Shown here: one piece after another, positions 19,130-29,504 of the stretch
How the letters are laid out: every line of letters begins with the position of its first letter
Numbering within the stretch: position 1 is the first letter of the stretch
Notes under the pieces: model-generated
Seen by the model: only the letters and a program-made list of their open reading frames with translations
The model's database searches: none
What the model was told of the DNA's origin: nothing
DNA from: Nitrospirae bacterium JdFR-85
GTDB taxonomy: Bacteria > Nitrospirota > Thermodesulfovibrionia > Thermodesulfovibrionales > JdFR-85
Direction of reading: 5' to 3'
DNA: 64,000 bases
Assembly (NCBI GenBank): GCA_002011745.1
Contig: MTOU01000012.1
Coordinates: forward strand, 57,732-121,731
Made by a program: the position numbers and the translations under genes

Positions 19130-20692
19130 ATGGCTAAGAAGACCCAGAGGGTGAAGCAACGTCTTGGAGAGTTGCTTGTGGAGGAGGGGTTAATAACTTC
19201 TAACCAACTTAAGGAGGCCCTCCGTAGACAGGCACAGGTAGGGGGTCAGATCGGCTCAATCCTTATCGAGATGGGTTTTATCACCACAGACCAGTTACTC
19301 GAATACCTGAGCAAACAACTGGGAGTCCCCTATGTGAATCTGATGAAGATAGATGTTGATCCTGAGATACTGAAAATACTCCCCTTTGAAAAGATAAAGA
19401 CAATGAAGGTACTTCCACTGGGGATAGACAAGGATGCTGTCACCCTTGCTATGGTTAATCCCCATGATATGATGGCACTGAATGAGATAGAGTTTCTTCT
19501 CGGAAAGAAAGTGAATCCTGTGGTTGTCCCCTCCTCTCAGATGGAGGCAGCGATCAGAAGTCTCACATCCCGACCTGATAAAGGGTTGAAAAAGGAAGTA
19601 ATTTCAGAGGAGGTCAAAAAAGAGAAGAAGAGAAAGGCTCCTGATCTCTTTTCTCTTCTCAAGTATCTCTCCAAGACCAGAGCCACAGATATGCTTTTAA
19701 GTGCGGGAGTGCCTCCTTCTATAAAGATACAGAATGAAGTGAGAAGGGCATCAATGGAGATACTCACACCTGCTGAGTGTGAGGCTTATGCAAGACAGAT
19801 GATGACAGAGGAACAGTGGGAATATTTCAGCAAAAAAGGTGATATAGATTTTGCTGTCACCTATCCAGAGATTGGTCGTTTCAGGGTTAATGTTTACAGA
19901 CAGAGGCATTCTGTATCTATTACAATAAGGCATATTACTGATATTGTGCCTTCTCTGAAAGAACTGAACCTGCCTGAGTGGTTAAAGGAGTATGCCTTAA
20001 AACCTTTTGGTCTGATCCTGATCTCAGGACCTGCAGGGCATGGAAAGACCACCACAATGGCTGCCCTTATTGATATTATAAATACCCATAGAAAGTGTAA
20101 TATTATTACTCTTGAGGATCCTATAGAGTATTTACATAAGCATAAAAACAGTAATGTAAATCAGAGAGAGATAGGGCTTGATACTGAGTCCTTTGCAGAG
20201 GGATTAAGATACATATTCCGTCAGGATCCTGATGTGATTGTGATAGGTGAGTTGAGAGATATGGAGAGTTTTGAGATTGCTATACATGCAGCAGACACAG
20301 GGCACCTTGTATTAAGTACTGTCCAAGCAAGTAACACCACTGCCACGATCGAGAGGATTATAAATGTATTCCCTCCTTATCAGCAGAATCTTATCAGAAC
20401 AAGACTTGCAGACTCTCTGCTTATAGTTTTCTCTCAGAAGCTCATTCCCATGAAACATAAGGACGCCAGGATAGTAGCTTATGAGTCTCTGGTAAATAGC
20501 TATCGGATAAAGAATCTGATACGTGAGGGCAAAACACATCAGATAAGGACTCAAATGCAGAGTGGTACTGAGGATTTTATCTCAATTGACATTTCTCTTG
20601 CTAATCTCTATAAGAAAGGTATTATCACTTTTGAGGATGGTCTTATGTTTGCTGATAATGAACAGTTTTACAGGGAACTGACAGAGGCGTAA
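19130..20692 (+). CDS. PilT/PilU-family ATPase with N-terminal MshEN (c-di-GMP-binding) domain
   Basis: RLGELLVEEGLITSNQLKEALRRQ MshEN motif; GRFRVN, GPAGHGKTT, EDPIE, RQDPDVIVIGE, IKNLIREGKTHQI. Confidence 0.88.
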   Translation: MAKKTQRVKQRLGELLVEEGLITSNQLKEALRRQAQVGGQIGSILIEMGFITTDQLLEYLSKQLGVPYVNLMKIDVDPEILKILPFEKIKTMKVLPLGIDKDAVTLAMVNPHDMMALNEIEFLLGKKVNPVVVPSSQMEAAIRSLTSRPDKGLKKEVISEEVKKEKKRKAPDLFSLLKYLSKTRATDMLLSAGVPPSIKIQNEVRRASMEILTPAECEAYARQMMTEEQWEYFSKKGDIDFAVTYPEIGRFRVNVYRQRHSVSITIRHITDIVPSLKELNLPEWLKEYALKPFGLILISGPAGHGKTTTMAALIDIINTHRKCNIITLEDPIEYLHKHKNSNVNQREIGLDTESFAEGLRYIFRQDPDVIVIGELRDMESFEIAIHAADTGHLVLSTVQASNTTATIERIINVFPPYQQNLIRTRLADSLLIVFSQKLIPMKHKDARIVAYESLVNSYRIKNLIREGKTHQIRTQMQSGTEDFISIDISLANLYKKGIITFEDGLMFADNEQFYRELTEA

Positions 20693-20696
20693 TTTT

Positions 20697-21953
20697 TTAC
20701 TCTAAGATAGGCTCTTTTTTGACTGTATAATAAAATTTATTCTTGAATTCAGTGGGCTTCATTCGTGCTACAAGAGCAAGTTCTTTGAGTCTGTCTCCTT
20801 TGAAGTCTGACTTCTCAAGTCTTATCATATACTTTCTTGCTACCTGATAACCTTCTGATCTGATGCTTACCTGTCTTATTCGGGTCTTGTCTGTGGCAGG
20901 GTCTACAAGATCCTTGAGAGGGATTGCCCTTAGATGACCATCATAGAGTACTATCATGGCACCTGAGCCTCCATTCAGCAGATATCTGACAGCTCCATAA
21001 CCGAGATTTCTTGTATATTCTATATCAAATGGAATAGGGTCAGCAGCCCTGAGTTCATATCCTATGTTTTTGTCGACAATTGTAACCTTTATTCCTCTGG
21101 ATTCAAGACTTTTCTTTACAAAGTGCTTCATGATTCTGCCCAGCTGTATTTCTGATAGTCTGATTCTGCCTGTCTCGTCCATTGTTATCTCCTCATACTT
21201 CTTAAGCTCATCCATCCTGAACTTGTAGGATATCCCTTCTGCAAGAACTGCTACTCCATGGTCTTTACCGAAGTAGAGTCTCTTTATTATTGCACCTTCA
21301 AGGATATCAGCCACCTTACGAATAGAGACCTTCCTTTCAGTAAACTCTTCTGGTATTAATGCGAGGGTCGCTCCTGCAGCCTTGCATATTCCGAGGGCAA
21401 GATGGCCAGTATATCTTCCCATTGTAGTTACGAAGTACCAGCGTCCCATTGTCCTTGCATCTTCCATGAGGTTTTTAACGAGCTGAACTCCCACATCCCT
21501 GGCAGTCTCATAGCCGAAGGTGGGCATACCTCCAGGCAGAGGAAGATCATTGTCTATGGTCTTAGGGACATGAACAATAGATATCCTTCCCATTGATTCC
21601 CGTTCTATAAGGCGGGCCATATAGGATGTGCCATCGCCACCAATTGTGATGAGATACCTTATGTTCAGTTCATAGAGAGTTTTCATAAGGGTCTTCATCC
21701 GGGTCTTAAGACGGCTTGGATAGTCCCTGGATGTTCTTAATATAGAACCACCTTCAGTATGAATACGGGATACATCATCAATGTGGAGAGCTACTGCAGC
21801 AGATTTATCACCAACATAGAGTCTCTTAAATCCGTCTCTTATGCCTACTACCCTGAGTCCAGAGTTTATTGCTTCAATGGTAGCTGCGCTTATAACACCA
21901 TTTATCCCTGGAGCAGGGCCTCCTCCCACAATTATGCCGAGTGTTTCAGACAT
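20697..21953 (-). CDS. pfp: Pyrophosphate-dependent phosphofructokinase
   Basis: GGGPAPG, TIGGDGT, PKTIDND, MGR motifs (short PPi-PFK-like clade); donor specificity is inferred. Confidence 0.8.
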   Translation of the reverse strand: MSETLGIIVGGGPAPGINGVISAATIEAINSGLRVVGIRDGFKRLYVGDKSAAVALHIDDVSRIHTEGGSILRTSRDYPSRLKTRMKTLMKTLYELNIRYLITIGGDGTSYMARLIERESMGRISIVHVPKTIDNDLPLPGGMPTFGYETARDVGVQLVKNLMEDARTMGRWYFVTTMGRYTGHLALGICKAAGATLALIPEEFTERKVSIRKVADILEGAIIKRLYFGKDHGVAVLAEGISYKFRMDELKKYEEITMDETGRIRLSEIQLGRIMKHFVKKSLESRGIKVTIVDKNIGYELRAADPIPFDIEYTRNLGYGAVRYLLNGGSGAMIVLYDGHLRAIPLKDLVDPATDKTRIRQVSIRSEGYQVARKYMIRLEKSDFKGDRLKELALVARMKPTEFKNKFYYTVKKEPILE

Positions 21954-21979
21954 CAGTTTATATTATAACAAAAATCCTT

Positions 21980-23320
<1,341 letters not shown>

Positions 23321-23323
23321 CTA

Positions 23324-24373
23324 TCAAAATAGTTTAAGTATTCTATAATAAGTGTCTCTCTGGGCAGGTCTGAAACCAGCACTTCTTATAGCCTCTATAA
23401 TCTCCTCTTTATTGACTCTATAACTCACTCCTGCTGCTTTCACCACATTCTCTTCTATCATTGTGGAACCGAAATCATTTGCTCCAAACCTGAGGGCCAC
23501 TTGGGCCATCTTAAGCCCCTGAGTTACCCATGATGCCTGAATGTTTAAGAAATTGTCCAGGTATACCCTGGAAAGGGCTAAGACTCTTAAATAGTCTACA
23601 GCAGTGGCAGGACTGAGCCGGATATCACTGCGCGAAAGGAGTTCTGTATTGCCTGGCTGAAATGTCCATGGTATAAAGGCTGTGAAGCCTCCTGTTCTGT
23701 CCTGAAGTGACCTTATCGCATCCAGATGCTCAATTATATCCTCTGGAGCCTCCACAGAACCGAACATCATTGTTGCAGTAGTTTTCATCCCCAGTCTATG
23801 TGCCTCCTCCATAACCTTGAGCCATTGAGATGTCTTAATTTTCTTAGGGCTTATTATCTCTCTTATCCTATCAGAGAGTATTTCTGCACCTCCACCAGGA
23901 ATCGAGTCTAACCCCGCTTCTTTCAGTTTAATAAGGGTTTCTTGGATAGATATTCCCTCCCTTTCTGCAATATACACTATCTCTGGAGGCGAGAATCCGT
24001 GTATATTTATAGCAAAGTGAGATTTAATAAATCTGAGCATATCTGTATAGAATGTAAGACCAAGATCAGGATGAAGTCCTCCTTGTAGTAGTATCTGTGT
24101 GCCCCCGAGATTTATGGTCTCCTCTATCTTCTGTTTGAGTTCATTCTTGGTTATCACAAATGCCTCAGGATGGTCTTTATCCCTGTAGTATGCACAGAAG
24201 CGGCATCTGTTTATACATATGTTAGTGTAGTTTATATTCCTGTCTATTACAAAGGTGACGATTCCCTCAGGATGGAGATTACTTCTTATCTCATCAGCCA
24301 TCTTGCCCAACTCTGTCAGCTCAGCTTCTTTATAGAGTCTCAGTGCCTCTTGCTTTGTTAGTCTACTCATCAT
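23324..24373 (-). CDS. mqnC: Cyclic dehypoxanthine futalosine synthase (radical SAM)
   Basis: DRNINYTNICINRCRFCAY, LLQGG, NIQASWVTQG, GSTMIEENV. Confidence 0.92.
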   Translation of the reverse strand: MMSRLTKQEALRLYKEAELTELGKMADEIRSNLHPEGIVTFVIDRNINYTNICINRCRFCAYYRDKDHPEAFVITKNELKQKIEETINLGGTQILLQGGLHPDLGLTFYTDMLRFIKSHFAINIHGFSPPEIVYIAEREGISIQETLIKLKEAGLDSIPGGGAEILSDRIREIISPKKIKTSQWLKVMEEAHRLGMKTTATMMFGSVEAPEDIIEHLDAIRSLQDRTGGFTAFIPWTFQPGNTELLSRSDIRLSPATAVDYLRVLALSRVYLDNFLNIQASWVTQGLKMAQVALRFGANDFGSTMIEENVVKAAGVSYRVNKEEIIEAIRSAGFRPAQRDTYYRILKLF

Positions 24374-25436
24374 ATACCTTTAAAGGGTTATAAAAACTAT
24401 CCCTCTGTACAGGAACTTTGCCAGTCCTTTTTATAAGGTAAACAAGTTCTTCCTTTTTCATACCTTCTGCTGAGGTAGCTCCTGCAGAATGGGTTATCTT
24501 CTCTTCCAGAACCGTTCCCTCTAAGTCATCAGCACCAAAAAGGAGTGCTATCTGAGAGAGTTTCTCACCGAGCATTATCCAGTAGGCCTTTATATGGGGA
24601 ATGTTGTCGAGGAATAGTCTGCTTATGGCAATAGTCTTCAGGTCATCAATACCAGATGCTATAGAACTGCTCATATTTGTATCTGTTGCATGATAGGCCA
24701 GAGGTATAAATGCCTGGAATCCCCCTGTTTCGTCTTGTAGCGCCCTTAACATTGACAGGTGTCTGATCCTGTCTTCTAAGGATTCGATATGACCATAAAG
24801 CATTGTGGCATTGGTTTTGATGCCCAGTGTGTGTGCTATTTTGTGAATTTCTAACCATCTGTCTGCCGAGATTTTTTCAGGACAGAGCCTCTGTCTTATA
24901 TTATGAACGAGTATTTCTGCCCCTCCTCCTGGCATAAGATCAAGACCATTGTCTTTAAGTGCCATAAGGACATCTCTTATGCTAAGACCACTTATTCTGG
25001 AGAAGTAGTCTATCTCAACAGCAGTAAATGCCTTGATCTGGATTGAGGGGAAGTGTTTTTTTATGCTCGTAAGTATTCTACAATAATGGTCAAAGCTCCA
25101 GTAAGGATGGAGTCCTCCTACAATATGTACCTCTGTAAGCAGTTCTTCTGAAGAACTGATTTTCTCTAAAATTTCTTCAATCGTTAATTCATAAGCACCC
25201 TCTTGTCCCCAGGATCTACTGAATGCACAAAAACGACATCTGTTTACACATATATTGGTGGGGTTTATATGTCTGTTGACTATAAAGTAGGCATAGCTTC
25301 TGTTTATTCTTCTGTTTACAGTTTCTGCAGCCTTGCCCAGGGTGTGAATATCATCGCTTCTGTAAAGAAGCAGTGCCTCCTCTTCTGAGATCCTCTCTTT
25401 TTCCATTGACTTATTAATAATTTCTTCAAATTTCAT
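24363..25436 (-). CDS. mqnE: Aminofutalosine synthase (radical SAM)
   Basis: NPTNICVNRCRFCAF, HIVGGLHP, TMLYGHIE, HIKAYWIM. Confidence 0.9.
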   Translation of the reverse strand: MKFEEIINKSMEKERISEEEALLLYRSDDIHTLGKAAETVNRRINRSYAYFIVNRHINPTNICVNRCRFCAFSRSWGQEGAYELTIEEILEKISSSEELLTEVHIVGGLHPYWSFDHYCRILTSIKKHFPSIQIKAFTAVEIDYFSRISGLSIRDVLMALKDNGLDLMPGGGAEILVHNIRQRLCPEKISADRWLEIHKIAHTLGIKTNATMLYGHIESLEDRIRHLSMLRALQDETGGFQAFIPLAYHATDTNMSSSIASGIDDLKTIAISRLFLDNIPHIKAYWIMLGEKLSQIALLFGADDLEGTVLEEKITHSAGATSAEGMKKEELVYLIKRTGKVPVQRDSFYNPLKVYDE

Positions 25437-25479
25437 TATTAAACTATTATACTTAATAGGTTTCTGAGGAAGGAAGTTA

Positions 25480-25509
25480 TTGACTTAATAAAGGGAGATA
25501 CTACATAAT
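25480..25509 (+). promoter_or_regulatory. Sigma-70 promoter for the SPOR gene pair
   Basis: TTGACT-N18-CATAAT upstream of SD AGGAGG and GTG 25547. Confidence 0.45.
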
Positions 25510-25546
25510 TTTTTATATCCTGAAAAAGAGGAATAAAGGAGGGGAA

Positions 25547-26458
25547 GTGAAGAGATTTTTCCTCTTCAGTGTTTTATTCTTGTTATTAACTGATAACCTG
25601 TATTCCTCTCAAAATGAACTCTTTTTTACTATTCAGATAGGAAGCTATAAAAGACTTTCTCCTGCAGAGAGGACTTATGATGCTCTATCAAGGTATTTGA
25701 AGGAGAAGAATGATCTGGATCATCTCAGGATTGAGAAGGTGAAAGGATATTATACTGTCAGACTGGGAAAGTTTAAGGAGAGGGTTTTGGCAAAGGAGTT
25801 ATTAAAAAAAATAAGGAATAAATATCCGGATGCAACGATTCTTTCAGCTTATGTGCTTGAGGAGAGAATTGTAAAAATATATACTGAAGGTTCTTCTACA
25901 AAAGAGCTTTCTATTAGAGAGACAGACTTAATTAAAGAAGAAAGGGAGGGACTCAAGAAGTTTGATAAAGAAGCTGTTGAACAGAAGTTGGATTATCCAA
26001 AAGAGAGGGTATCACTTAAAGAGTTGATCCAGATAGTCAAGAGATTGATAGACAAAGGTCAGTTTACTGAGGCTATGGCACTGCTTGATATAGGATTGGA
26101 GAAATGGCCGAATAATGCAGAGCTGTTATGGCTGTATGGTTCAGCATTAATGAAAATGAGCAAACCTTCAGAGGCCCATGATTATTTTTCTCGAGCTGTA
26201 AAACTGGCTCCTAATAAGGCAGACTATCACAATGGTCTTGGTTATAGTCTCTTATATCTTGGCAAGGTTTTCAGCGCTATAAGTGAGTTTAGTAAGGCTA
26301 TTCTGATAGATCCCCAACATGTGGATGCACTTGCAGGGTTAGTTATAGCTTACACAGAAGCAGATATGAGAGATATAGCACAAGAGTATTTTGATAAGTT
26401 AAAAAGACTGGATCCTGTTGTAGCAGAAAGTATTTCTCTGGTAATGAGAAAAAAATGA
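25547..26458 (+). CDS. Exported SPOR-domain + TPR protein
   Basis: Signal peptide; SPOR FTIQIGSY..YTVRLGKF; C-terminal TPR repeats. Confidence 0.8.
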   Translation: MKRFFLFSVLFLLLTDNLYSSQNELFFTIQIGSYKRLSPAERTYDALSRYLKEKNDLDHLRIEKVKGYYTVRLGKFKERVLAKELLKKIRNKYPDATILSAYVLEERIVKIYTEGSSTKELSIRETDLIKEEREGLKKFDKEAVEQKLDYPKERVSLKELIQIVKRLIDKGQFTEAMALLDIGLEKWPNNAELLWLYGSALMKMSKPSEAHDYFSRAVKLAPNKADYHNGLGYSLLYLGKVFSAISEFSKAILIDPQHVDALAGLVIAYTEADMRDIAQEYFDKLKRLDPVVAESISLVMRKK

Positions 26459-28065
26459 AAAGATTTAAAGGATTTATTATTCTCTTCTTTATTTTATTGT
26501 GTATATCACCCTTACAGGCCTCAGAGGAATACTACACAATACAGGCTGGTAGCTTCAAGAGTATTCAAGAGGCAGAAAGGAAGTATGCATTATTAGAAGA
26601 GAAATTGTCTCCTGAGAAGAGAGACTTTCTGAGGATCGAGCTTGTTAAAGGTTACTATACCCTAAGGATAGGTAAGTTTAATAGTTTCAAAGAGGCAAAG
26701 GTTCTATTGCCAGAGATAAAAGAGTTATTCCCTAGTTCTCTTATCCTTAAGGCATTTGTGCTTGATAAGAGGATAAAGAAACTCTACAGATACAAAGAGA
26801 CAGAATCTGTTGCTGCTGTGCCTATTGAAAGAGAGAAGGTGCCTTTAAAGACAGAGGCAAAAAAGACAAAAGAACGACCTAAGTATGTAGAAGCAGATAC
26901 CGAAAAGGTTGAGCCTGCTCCTACCGAGGTAAAGAGATATGCTCCTGTATCAAAGGTTGTACCTTTCAAGTTTATTCTTCCTGTTGTCTTTATTGTGGTT
27001 GTCGGGTTTGTAATATATTACAACAGAAGAAGAATTCTCATAATGATGGAAGAAATAACAGGAACCTCCAAAGGTGTGAGAAGGATACTTAAGAAGAGTG
27101 TAGACAAGGATTACAGGCATAGTTGTCTTGAAGCTCCACGTTATTTATCAAGTCTATTGGTCGAAAGGGTGAAGAATATCATGCAGGATACGGATATAAA
27201 CAGAATAGATATGCCTGTGCAGATAAGAGTTGATAAACCCGTAAAAGACTCTTTATGGATATGTAAAGAATTGAATAATACCTTGAAAAGGTCAACAGGA
27301 ACAATAATGGTTTTAGATGATCTTGTTATTCCAGAAGGAGAGAAGGTTCTTGGAGAAATGCTGGTGAAGGGCGATGTGAAAGTATCTCGTACTGCTACGG
27401 TGAGGAGTATCGTATCTGAAGGAGAGATAAAAATAGGTAAGAGGGCGAAAATACTAAAGTACCTTGATGCTGATATGGGGATTAAGGCTGAGGATGGTTG
27501 TATATTAGGTGAAGCAGTATCCACTGAAAGGGAGCTATATATTGAAAAGGAGTGTCAGTTTACCTGTCTGTATGGTAAGCCTATAAGGACTTATAATTTT
27601 ACAAGTACACTGAGAATGCATGAGACTGATAATCTAATAACACTCCAAGCCAAACACCTTAATGTGCCTGTTAAGTTTTTGAAAGATTCGCTACTTTTCA
27701 CGAAGAAAGAACTGATAATTCCTGAGTTGATAAGAACAAATAAAAATGTTGTTACTACAGAGAGTCTCACAATAAAAAAGGGTTGTGTAATAAACGGATA
27801 TATAAAGGCACAGAAAGATATTATTATTCATGATGATGTGATGATAAATGGAGCAATATACTCTTATGGTAACTTGGTAATAGGAAGAAATGTAAAAGTA
27901 TATGGGAGTATTAGCTCAGAGGGTAGAATAGTAATCGATTCAGGAGTAAGAATAGGTGGAAGAGACAAAGAAGTGAAGGTTTTTTCTAAAAAAGAGATCG
28001 AGCTTATGGAGAATGTAGAGATTTATGGGACAGTTTATGCAGAAGAGGGTGGAAGAGTTATTTAA
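26455..28065 (+). CDS. SPOR domain + TM + C-terminal bactofilin-like beta-helix protein
   Basis: Signal peptide, SPOR YTIQAGSF, linker, TM FILPVVFIVVVGFVIYY followed by RRR, repeated (V/I)xGxI/IxI beta-helix motifs. Confidence 0.7.
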   Translation: MKRFKGFIILFFILLCISPLQASEEYYTIQAGSFKSIQEAERKYALLEEKLSPEKRDFLRIELVKGYYTLRIGKFNSFKEAKVLLPEIKELFPSSLILKAFVLDKRIKKLYRYKETESVAAVPIEREKVPLKTEAKKTKERPKYVEADTEKVEPAPTEVKRYAPVSKVVPFKFILPVVFIVVVGFVIYYNRRRILIMMEEITGTSKGVRRILKKSVDKDYRHSCLEAPRYLSSLLVERVKNIMQDTDINRIDMPVQIRVDKPVKDSLWICKELNNTLKRSTGTIMVLDDLVIPEGEKVLGEMLVKGDVKVSRTATVRSIVSEGEIKIGKRAKILKYLDADMGIKAEDGCILGEAVSTERELYIEKECQFTCLYGKPIRTYNFTSTLRMHETDNLITLQAKHLNVPVKFLKDSLLFTKKELIIPELIRTNKNVVTTESLTIKKGCVINGYIKAQKDIIIHDDVMINGAIYSYGNLVIGRNVKVYGSISSEGRIVIDSGVRIGGRDKEVKVFSKKEIELMENVEIYGTVYAEEGGRVI

Positions 28066-29504
28066 CTTTTTGAAAGTCTTATCCAGAAGCGGGGAGCCTC
28101 CTTTCCCAGTCCTTCTACAACGACAGGATATAGAATCCCTTTTCCATTCTTAGAAAACTTTTTTACAAGTTTTTTGCTATTAATTGTTATCTTGATTCCT
28201 CGATCATCTCCTGTATTTACTGTTATCCCTGGAGGCACAAAACCTTTGAAGTTGATAGGATAATCTATATTTGATGCACTGTCTCCAAATACCTTCAGGA
28301 TCTCGATTTCGTCACCATCTTTTAAGTTTAAAATCTCTTCTGATAGAATAGCTTTTAGCTGTTTGTTTACTCTTACAATAAAAACCCAATATCTTGCTTT
28401 GTTATTTTTTCTTATTTTGATGTCTACAGAACCAATCTTTATATTATCCTTTCTGAAGATTATCTTTGTACTATGGGAAATTCTTAGAGGTTTGCGATAA
28501 TCATTCACATCACCTATACCAAGTATATCACAGGATAAACCCCTTTCACAGTTAGATTCAATATGTGTTACCATTATTTCCGATTCTGCCTCCAGAAAGA
28601 CGGTTTCTCCATTTGTGACTATCAGCGGTCTTCCATTTATATTAAGCACCACATACTTCAGCACAGGTTTTATAAGGAGTACTCTCGGCTGTTCAGGCAC
28701 TATCCCGAAAATCTTCATAAACTCATTTATCACATAATTATGGTGAAGAATCTTTAACTCTATATCTGGAAGATTTTTAGAAGTCTCGACACCAAATGCT
28801 AAAAGGCAATGATACTTAAGGGCATAGTAGGTAGCAGTTTTTTTCATCTCAGGGAAGGGTGTATCAGGTGCATCTGTTTTTGTATTCAGAAGATGCATAT
28901 GGTATTTTTCTTCTTTTATCTTTTTGTTTACATTTTTAATTACTTGCTCTGCAATTTCTTTTAGACGGAGCTCTCTTCCGTTCTCGCAAGTATACACATC
29001 GGTGTCTATTATTATTGATTGACCAAATCTGTAAGGATTGTACAATTCATTAATATAAACAGGTCTGTAAAACCCATATCCATCATGGAGATTTAAAAAT
29101 ACATCAGCCTCTTTCATCAATCCCTTTATAATGGTTACAACTTTATCCATCATAGAATTGCCGTTTTCTTTATCAAAGATCCTGTTCATATCTCCATCTA
29201 CACCACGTTTAAAAAGAATTATGGATTTAAAATTTGCCCTTGGAACTACTATTAGGTTGCCTTTTTCTAAGGTGAGTTCTGTGTACAGGTCTGCAGACAG
29301 AAACCCTCCTGGTTCGTCTCCCTGGATGCCGCCTATGATAAGCATGGTTTTACCAGGTTCTCTGCCATATATCTTGTATACATGAAGTTCATAGGATGTT
29401 CCTTTTAGATACACTAAGTGTTCTGTTTTTGTCCTGTTTTTTGCTATTACACTAACAGGGAATATCAGTGTGAATAAAACTATAAGATGTAGTAACACTT
29501 TCAT
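28062..29504 (-). CDS. Peptidase M99 D,L-carboxypeptidase, Csd4/Pgp1-like
   Basis: GGIQGDEPGG (Gln-type Zn ligand), DMNRIF, LHDGYGFY, GVETSK; signal peptide; ATGA overlap with the upstream gene. Confidence 0.85.
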   Translation of the reverse strand: MKVLLHLIVLFTLIFPVSVIAKNRTKTEHLVYLKGTSYELHVYKIYGREPGKTMLIIGGIQGDEPGGFLSADLYTELTLEKGNLIVVPRANFKSIILFKRGVDGDMNRIFDKENGNSMMDKVVTIIKGLMKEADVFLNLHDGYGFYRPVYINELYNPYRFGQSIIIDTDVYTCENGRELRLKEIAEQVIKNVNKKIKEEKYHMHLLNTKTDAPDTPFPEMKKTATYYALKYHCLLAFGVETSKNLPDIELKILHHNYVINEFMKIFGIVPEQPRVLLIKPVLKYVVLNINGRPLIVTNGETVFLEAESEIMVTHIESNCERGLSCDILGIGDVNDYRKPLRISHSTKIIFRKDNIKIGSVDIKIRKNNKARYWVFIVRVNKQLKAILSEEILNLKDGDEIEILKVFGDSASNIDYPINFKGFVPPGITVNTGDDRGIKITINSKKLVKKFSKNGKGILYPVVVEGLGKEAPRFWIRLSKS

